Positions 36,622-41,985 of a stretch of 41,985 nucleotides of DNA are shown here, one piece after another. Source of the stretch: Candidatus Krumholzibacteriia bacterium (GTDB lineage Bacteria; Krumholzibacteriota; Krumholzibacteriia; WVZY01). The position numbers and the translations under genes are program-made. A model generated the notes under the pieces. The model ran no database searches. It worked only from the letters and a program-made list of their open reading frames with translations, and had not been told where the DNA came from. The DNA is taken from NCBI GenBank assembly GCA_046754105.1, contig JBHHVD010000015.1, positions 1 through 41,985 of the forward strand. The letters run 5' to 3'. The stretch's first letter is position 1. Each line of letters begins with the position of its first letter.

Positions 36622-38098
36622 GGGTGAAAAACTGGGGGACGAACCAGAGCACGGAACCGCTGCTCTCGACACGGGAGAGGTCGTCAGGAAGTGGGGGCCG
36701 CCGCTCGTACACCTCCTTTTCAGCGCCAGCAAAACGGTTCTAGTGCACGATCTCGGCAATCGAGCCACCCAGCGCGTCTTGTGTGATCTCAAAATGGTCC
36801 TGGACGAGATCCTCGCGATCGAGGACCGCATCCTGATCTCCGTTTCAACGGAGTTCCTCCGGATCAACGACGTCCGCGTCATCGTGGAGCCCCAGAATTT
36901 CTCGACCTTTCACTACGTCATCGAGGAGATGAAATCCCGCGACGTCGAGGCGATCGAGTTTCGGCCCGATGTCCTCGAGGACGAGTTGGGGGTTTTCCTC
37001 AAGGCCTTCTTTGGCGAGATCCCCGAGGGACGTACCTTCAACGATCTGCTGAGAGAGCTGGAAGACGGCGGCGTGCAGCTCGTGCGGATCGTTCAGTGGG
37101 TCGAACGCGAGCGGCAACTGACGGATAAGCGGGTGGAAAAGAAGGAGCAGAGCATCAGCGGCCAGAGCAACCAGGTGTTTTTCAGAACGGTCCTGCTGAT
37201 GGGCGAAATCATGAAGGGCATCGAGCAGCGGCGCGCCATACAGTTCCAGAAGGCAGAGCGGCTGACCCAGCAAATGGTAGACATTATCCAGGCGGATGAG
37301 TCCATTCTCGTCGGGTTGGCCAGTATCAAGAAGCTCGACGAGTACACGTTCACCCATTCGGTCAACGTGTGCATCCTGTCCATGTTGATCGCGGACCGGC
37401 TGCGACTGTACAAGAGCGACATCGCACGGCTCGGCGTTGCCGCGCTGCTGCACGATATCGGCAAGACCTATATTCCCCCCGCGATACTCAACAATCCGGG
37501 AAAACTGGAAGGCCAGGACTGGGAGCTGATGAAATACCACACCTTCCTGGGCGTCAAGGAGCTCTCGCGGGTAAAGGCGAAGCGTGAAATCAGCGATGCG
37601 CTCTTCGTCGCGTTGCAGCACCACGTCCACTATGATATGAACGGCTACCCGCAGCGGTCGGGGGGATGGGATCTGCCCCTCTTTACACGCATCGTGACCG
37701 TTGCCGATTACTACGATGCGATGACGACACCACGCGTCTACAGCACCGAGCCGCTGACACCCGACAAGGCCCTGCGCTACATCCTCATGAAGAGCGGGGA
37801 GATCTTCGACCCGTTCATCACGAAAGTGTTCATCCAGGCCATGGGTATATACCCGATCGGGACCACCGTCGAGCTGGATAACGGCGACCGGGCTGTGGTC
37901 GTCCGCCAGCACCGCCGCGGCCATTTCCTGCACCGGCCCCTCGTGCGGTTGTTGCAGCCGGCGAGCGAGGAGGGCGATCCGGTGGTGGATCTGAGCGAGA
38001 AATCCGACGACGGTGCCGGCTACCGGCGCTCGGTTGCCAGGGCGTACTTCGACCCGGCGGGGGAGCAGGAGAAGGCCCGCTGTTTCATGGCGGAGTAA
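36596..38098 (+). CDS. HD-GYP domain cyclic-dinucleotide phosphodiesterase
   Basis: DEYTFTHSVNV, LLHDIGK, QHHVHYDMNGYP, VADYYDAMTTPRVY and GIYPIGTTVEL motifs. Confidence 0.92.
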   Translation: MMTEQTKNKGEKLGDEPEHGTAALDTGEVVRKWGPPLVHLLFSASKTVLVHDLGNRATQRVLCDLKMVLDEILAIEDRILISVSTEFLRINDVRVIVEPQNFSTFHYVIEEMKSRDVEAIEFRPDVLEDELGVFLKAFFGEIPEGRTFNDLLRELEDGGVQLVRIVQWVERERQLTDKRVEKKEQSISGQSNQVFFRTVLLMGEIMKGIEQRRAIQFQKAERLTQQMVDIIQADESILVGLASIKKLDEYTFTHSVNVCILSMLIADRLRLYKSDIARLGVAALLHDIGKTYIPPAILNNPGKLEGQDWELMKYHTFLGVKELSRVKAKREISDALFVALQHHVHYDMNGYPQRSGGWDLPLFTRIVTVADYYDAMTTPRVYSTEPLTPDKALRYILMKSGEIFDPFITKVFIQAMGIYPIGTTVELDNGDRAVVVRQHRRGHFLHRPLVRLLQPASEEGDPVVDLSEKSDDGAGYRRSVARAYFDPAGEQEKARCFMAE

Positions 38099-38170
38099 CG
38101 CCGGGCCGGGGCGCGCCGCCAGCCCGCGGCGTCGCTCACCCACGGCCGCGAGAGAGGCCCCGTCGCCGGC

Positions 38171-39316
38171 TCAGTATCTTGGCATGGAAGGATCGACCTC
38201 GTCGGACCACGCGAGGATCCCCCCGCGCAGATTCCACACGTTTCGAAAACCCGCCTTGCACAGGAAATCCACCGCTGTCGCGGAACGAACTCCGGACCGG
38301 CAGTACACGACAATGTCGCGCGCGGGGTCCAACTCGCCGAGCCGGCCGGCAATCTCCCGCAGCGGGATCAAGTGACCTTCGAGGTGGCATATCCGGGATT
38401 CGTGGGGTTCCCTGACGTCGAGCACGAACGTGTCGTCTCCCGCGTCCAGCCGGGCCTTGAGCTCGCGTGGAGTCATTTCGGGCACGGCCACCGCCGAGGT
38501 TCCTTCACCGCAAAACTCCTCGTAGTCGACGAGATCGATTACGCCCGCTGAATCTCCGCACGTCGGACACCGCGGATTTTTTGGCACCTCCACTTCACGG
38601 AACCGCATCTGCAAGCAGTCGAACAGCAACAGTCGGCCGGCCAGCGTTTCCCGCTTGCCGAGGATCAGCTTGATCGCTTCAGCGGCCTGAATTGTGCCGA
38701 TGATTCCCGGCAGAACACCGAGCACTCCCGCTTCGGCGCAGTTCGGGACGGCTCCCCGAGGCGGCGGATCGGGATAGAGACAGCGATAGCACGGCCCGTG
38801 GGGCATGCCGAATACCGTCGTTTGTCCTTCGAAACGGAAGATGCTGCCGTACACGTTCGGTTTGCCGAGGCGAACGCAGGCATCGTTGACCAGGTAGCGT
38901 GTTGCGAAGTTGTCGCTGCCGTCGATGACCACGTCGTAGCCGCCGAGGATCTCGATGGCGTTGGTGCTCGCGAGACGCACGTCGTGCGTGACGATATCGA
39001 CGTGGGGATTCAGATTCGACAGGCGTTCGCGCGCCGCCTCGACCTTGGGCCGGCCCACGTCCCGCGTACCGAACGCGACCTGCCGCTGCAGATTGCCAGG
39101 ATCGACCGCGTCGAAATCAACCAGCCCGAGCGTGCCCACGCCCGCGGCACTCAGGTACAGACCGGCCGGTGCCCCCAGGCCACCGGTCCCGATCAGCACC
39201 ACCCGGGCCGCTCGCAGACGCAACTGGCCTTCGACGCCTATTTCGGGCATGACGAGGTGGCGGTTGTAGCGCTCGGTCTCCTCCGGTGAGAGACCGTGCG
39301 GGGGCGTGGCAGGCAT
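38171..39316 (-). CDS. moeB: MoeB/MoeZ-type adenylyltransferase with C-terminal rhodanese domain
   Basis: RYNRHL, IGTGGLG, NLQRQ, DGSDNFATRYLVNDAC, PCYRCL, CAEAGVLG, CPTC and rhodanese YCRSGVRS; ATG 39316. Confidence 0.93.
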   Translation of the reverse strand: MPATPPHGLSPEETERYNRHLVMPEIGVEGQLRLRAARVVLIGTGGLGAPAGLYLSAAGVGTLGLVDFDAVDPGNLQRQVAFGTRDVGRPKVEAARERLSNLNPHVDIVTHDVRLASTNAIEILGGYDVVIDGSDNFATRYLVNDACVRLGKPNVYGSIFRFEGQTTVFGMPHGPCYRCLYPDPPPRGAVPNCAEAGVLGVLPGIIGTIQAAEAIKLILGKRETLAGRLLLFDCLQMRFREVEVPKNPRCPTCGDSAGVIDLVDYEEFCGEGTSAVAVPEMTPRELKARLDAGDDTFVLDVREPHESRICHLEGHLIPLREIAGRLGELDPARDIVVYCRSGVRSATAVDFLCKAGFRNVWNLRGGILAWSDEVDPSMPRY

Positions 39317-39650
39317 GGGTGCATCCCCCGAACGTGGCGCCGGCCGTAGGCGCCCAGTATGAGTGATTTCATTTGCTCGCTTATTCTTAGGCCGTTTCAC
39401 GAGGTTGTGGGAGCTGCTGCCTTCCATTATAAGGGGCGTGATTGCAGCCCGCAACGATCGAATGCGAACACGGCCACGGGTATGCGGGAGAGTACCGGGA
39501 CCTCACGGGGCAGCCGGCGCGCAATGGGGGCGAAACGCGTTTGTCCCACTGCTCTTACGGGTCACAAAAACCTTGGAACTCACTGTTTGACTGGGGTATA
39601 TTACTATGACGGGTGTCCGAGCGCGGATATTTTTCGTGGCTCCCCCAATC

Positions 39651-39666
39651 CGGTATTCTAATTGCA
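39651..39666 (+). promoter_or_regulatory. Candidate sigma54 (-24/-12) promoter for the DUF1573-like/TlpA genes
   Basis: cGGTATTCTAATTGCA: GG-N10-GC with TTGCA, about 75 nt before ATG 39740. Confidence 0.55.
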
Positions 39667-39739
39667 AGTTCTGGCCCGAACGCCCGACTCATAGGGCGAG
39701 GCCGTCGTGACTGGGCGGCCGACAACGAGGAGTGGAATA

Positions 39740-40750
39740 ATGCGCAAGAGAATAGGCGCCGTGGCGTGCCTCTCGGCGATGGTTGCACTCGCGGTGATGA
39801 CGGCAGGTGTCGCTCTCGGCGATGAAGAGGGCCCCGTGGTCCTCATCGAGCAGACCCGCCATGACTTCGGCGAGATCTTCGAGCAGAAAATGTACAAGCA
39901 CGCCTTTACCATCAAGAACATCGGGACCGCCGATCTACGGATCGAAAAAGTCCAGCCTGGCTGAGGCTGCACCGTGGCCCAGTTCGATGAGGTCATTCCT
40001 CCTGGTCAGGAGGGCAAAGTGAATCTCGAGATCATCGGCGCGAAGGTGTCGGGGAGATTCAACAAGAACGCGACGATTTTTACAAATGATCCAAAGCATC
40101 CTCGTATGACCGTGTCGATAGCGGGGAAGATTCTCCGCTACGTCGAAGTAACGCCGTCGAACCGCATCTTTCTCAGGGGCATGTACGGGGAGAGCGTATC
40201 CAAGGAATTGACAATTACTTCGAGCGAGAAGAAGAACGATTTCAAGATCGTGGATTTGTCGTCGAACATCGACGACAAGATCACTTACAAGGCGGTAGCT
40301 CAGCCGGAGCCGGGCACATACAAGATTCGCCTTTTCAAGAATCCCAAGCTGCCGACGATGAATACGTGGGGATCCTTGACCATTACGACCAACAGCGAGC
40401 ACGCACCGGAGAAGAAGATCCAGGTCAACGTGACCACCAGGGGATCGATTGTCGTGCAGCCGTCGACTCTGAACTTCGGTTCTGTGTCGGGCGAAAGCAG
40501 GCTGGCTGGCGTCGAGAAGTCCCTGACCGTCTTCAAGGTCAAGGGCGAGTTTTCGATCAAGGATATCAAGTTTACGACCGATGCGTTTCGTGCCAGCGTC
40601 GAACCGATCGAAGAGGGAAGAAAATACCAGGTAAAGGTCAATTTCCAGCCGGGAACGCAGGCCCAGGCCTATCTGGATGAGATGATTATTAACACCGATG
40701 ACCCACAGGAGCCGGCGTTGAGGGTTCGCTTGCGGGCCCGCAAACTCTAG
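39740..40750 (+). CDS. Exported DUF1573-like Ig-fold protein, putative selenoprotein (Sec at TGA 39962-39964), 336 aa
   Basis: GAGGAG RBS and signal peptide. HDFGEI...HAFTIKNIGTADLRIEKVQPG-TGA-GCTVAQFDEVIPPGQEGKV...FNKNATIFTNDP is one continuous DUF1573-like domain whose usual xCGCT motif reads G-U-G-C-T; both ORF-track pieces are in frame. Confidence 0.85.
39986..40013 (+). promoter_or_regulatory. Putative SECIS hairpin(s) of the DUF1573-like gene
   Basis: Perfect CCUCCU-GGUC-AGGAGG (39998-40013) and a weaker GAUG-AGGU-CAUU (39986-39997) downstream of the UGA. Confidence 0.6.
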
Positions 40751-40789
40751 CGAGCTTCCACGGGATCATTGCAACCAAGAGGGTTTCGT

Positions 40790-41821
40790 ATGAACAACAC
40801 GCTCAAGACGATCATCGGTATCGCGCTCGCCGCCGGACTGTTCGGGACGGCCTGCAGCGATCAGTCCAACGAATCTCGTGCGGCGACGGACGACGACGCG
40901 GCCGAGGTGCAAACGGCCGCGGCCGAGACGACCACAGAGAGCGAGGCACCCAGCGCGTCCGCCGAGGCGTATGAAGCCGTGTTGCTAAAAGTTCGCGCAC
41001 TCGAACAGACGGCCTCGTCGGCGACGACCCGCGAAGCCGCCACGGGCGCCATCGGAAAAATGGAAGCCCTGCTGTCGGGGTTCATCGGCGAGCACCCGGG
41101 CAGCGCCGAGGCCAACGACGCCCGTTTTCAGCTCGGAACACTGTACTATGCCCTGCAGCAGCTGGACAAGTCGATCGCGTACATGACCGAGTTCGTCGAC
41201 AACAGCGGCGGCCAGAAGAGCGACAAACTAGGTTACGCGCATTACTACCTCGGCGAGGCATACAAGAGCGCCGACCGTTTCGAGAAAGCAAAAAAGCATT
41301 ACAGTCTCTACGTCGAGGAGTACGGCCACCTGAACCGCCAGCTGCTGGCGAACGTGACGGCGAGCCTCGAAGATCTGGATACGCTGAAGAAACTGGCAAT
41401 CGGAGGGGACCCGATACCGTTCGACGTGAAAGGAATCGACGGCAAGGAGTTGTCGCTCGAGAAGTACCGGGGCAAGGTCGTTCTCATCGATTTTTGGGCG
41501 ACGTGGTGCGGGCCGTGCCGGGTGGAGATGCCCAACGTCGTCAACCTCCACAAGAAGTACCGGGAAAAGGGTTTTGAGATCATCGGAGTGTCGCTCGATC
41601 GTGACCGCTCGGTCTTCGATAGTTACATCAAGAGCAACGATATGGTGTGGCCGCAGTACTTCGACGGCGCGGGGTGGAATAACCGGGTCGCGGCGAAGTA
41701 CAAGGTACGGTCCATTCCGGCGACCTATCTGATCGATCGCCGGGGCAAGATACGTTACCGTTCGCTGCGTGGCAAGGAGCTCGAAGAAGCGGTGGCCGAG
41801 CTGGTCAAGGAGAGGGCCTAG
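40790..41821 (+). CDS. TPR-containing TlpA/redoxin family thiol-disulfide oxidoreductase lipoprotein
   Basis: Lipoprotein signal (LFGTAC), TPR-like helices (ARFQLGTLYY, AHYYLGEAY), GKVVLIDFWATWCGPC and SIPATYLID. Confidence 0.92.
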   Translation: MNNTLKTIIGIALAAGLFGTACSDQSNESRAATDDDAAEVQTAAAETTTESEAPSASAEAYEAVLLKVRALEQTASSATTREAATGAIGKMEALLSGFIGEHPGSAEANDARFQLGTLYYALQQLDKSIAYMTEFVDNSGGQKSDKLGYAHYYLGEAYKSADRFEKAKKHYSLYVEEYGHLNRQLLANVTASLEDLDTLKKLAIGGDPIPFDVKGIDGKELSLEKYRGKVVLIDFWATWCGPCRVEMPNVVNLHKKYREKGFEIIGVSLDRDRSVFDSYIKSNDMVWPQYFDGAGWNNRVAAKYKVRSIPATYLIDRRGKIRYRSLRGKELEEAVAELVKERA

Positions 41822-41985
41822 ACGGAATCGAGACCGGTGCGTTCTGGGTGCCGGTTGATGAGACTCGAGATCAGCTCGATTTCCATATCGACACGTTCGT
41901 CCCAACCCGTAAACGTCTTTGACGCGAATTCGCGAGCGCGCCGGCCGAGCGACCGGCGCGCTGCTTCATTGTTTAGCAGGCCAGC
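41818..41985 (-). CDS. C-terminal end of a probable GT4 glycosyltransferase entering from the right edge
   Basis: Manual translation AGLLNNEAARRSLGRRAREFASKTFTGWDERVDMEIELISSLINRHPERTGLDSV*, the typical GT-B terminal helix pattern. Confidence 0.6.
   Translation of the reverse strand, partial: AGLLNNEAARRSLGRRAREFASKTFTGWDERVDMEIELISSLINRHPERTGLDSV

Noticed and set aside
39317..39650. Moco riboswitch or ncRNA upstream of moeB
   Set aside because: Only an imperfect hairpin near 39521-39552 was seen, without the conserved Moco motif order; an Rfam scan would be needed.
1..41985. Genome-wide TGA reassignment (genetic code 4 or 25) as the explanation for the in-frame TGAs
   Set aside because: Many complete genes end at TGA at their expected C-termini (3410, 7337, 10207, 14125, 29405). 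Only two TGAs are internal, both at Cys columns and both followed by hairpins.

Overview
GC-rich bacterial chromosomal window of about 42 kb with roughly 33 genes; no rRNA, tRNA, CRISPR array or mobile element was seen. Left half: a decayed arylsulfotransferase-like remnant, a membrane spermidine-synthase-like methyltransferase, macro-domain and LOG-like genes, then a cell-surface glycan locus (two AsnB-type amidotransferases, four GT4 glycosyltransferases, DUF354, a C5-epimerase-like protein, a transglutaminase-like protein and a large GT-C-like membrane protein) interrupted by pcm and queF. Right half: a PilX-like protein with a DnaJ-type Zn finger, archaeal-type topoisomerase VI (top6B-top6A), an SxtJ-like/carbamoyltransferase pair, a LonC-like protease, queG, a HEAT-repeat/HD-GYP operon, moeB, and a DUF1573-like/TlpA pair. 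The main hidden signal is two genes that the ORF track splits at in-frame TGA codons lying exactly at conserved Cys positions. One is an AhpD-like peroxidase (C-H-Y-U); the other is an exported DUF1573-like protein (P-G-U-G-C-T). Each TGA is followed by a perfect 6-bp stem with an identical GGUC loop, consistent with selenocysteine recoding. The DUF1573-like selenoprotein sits behind a sigma54-type promoter and directly upstream of a TPR-TlpA lipoprotein, suggesting an extracytoplasmic selenium/thiol redox module. All family calls come from motif recognition by eye; no database search was run.
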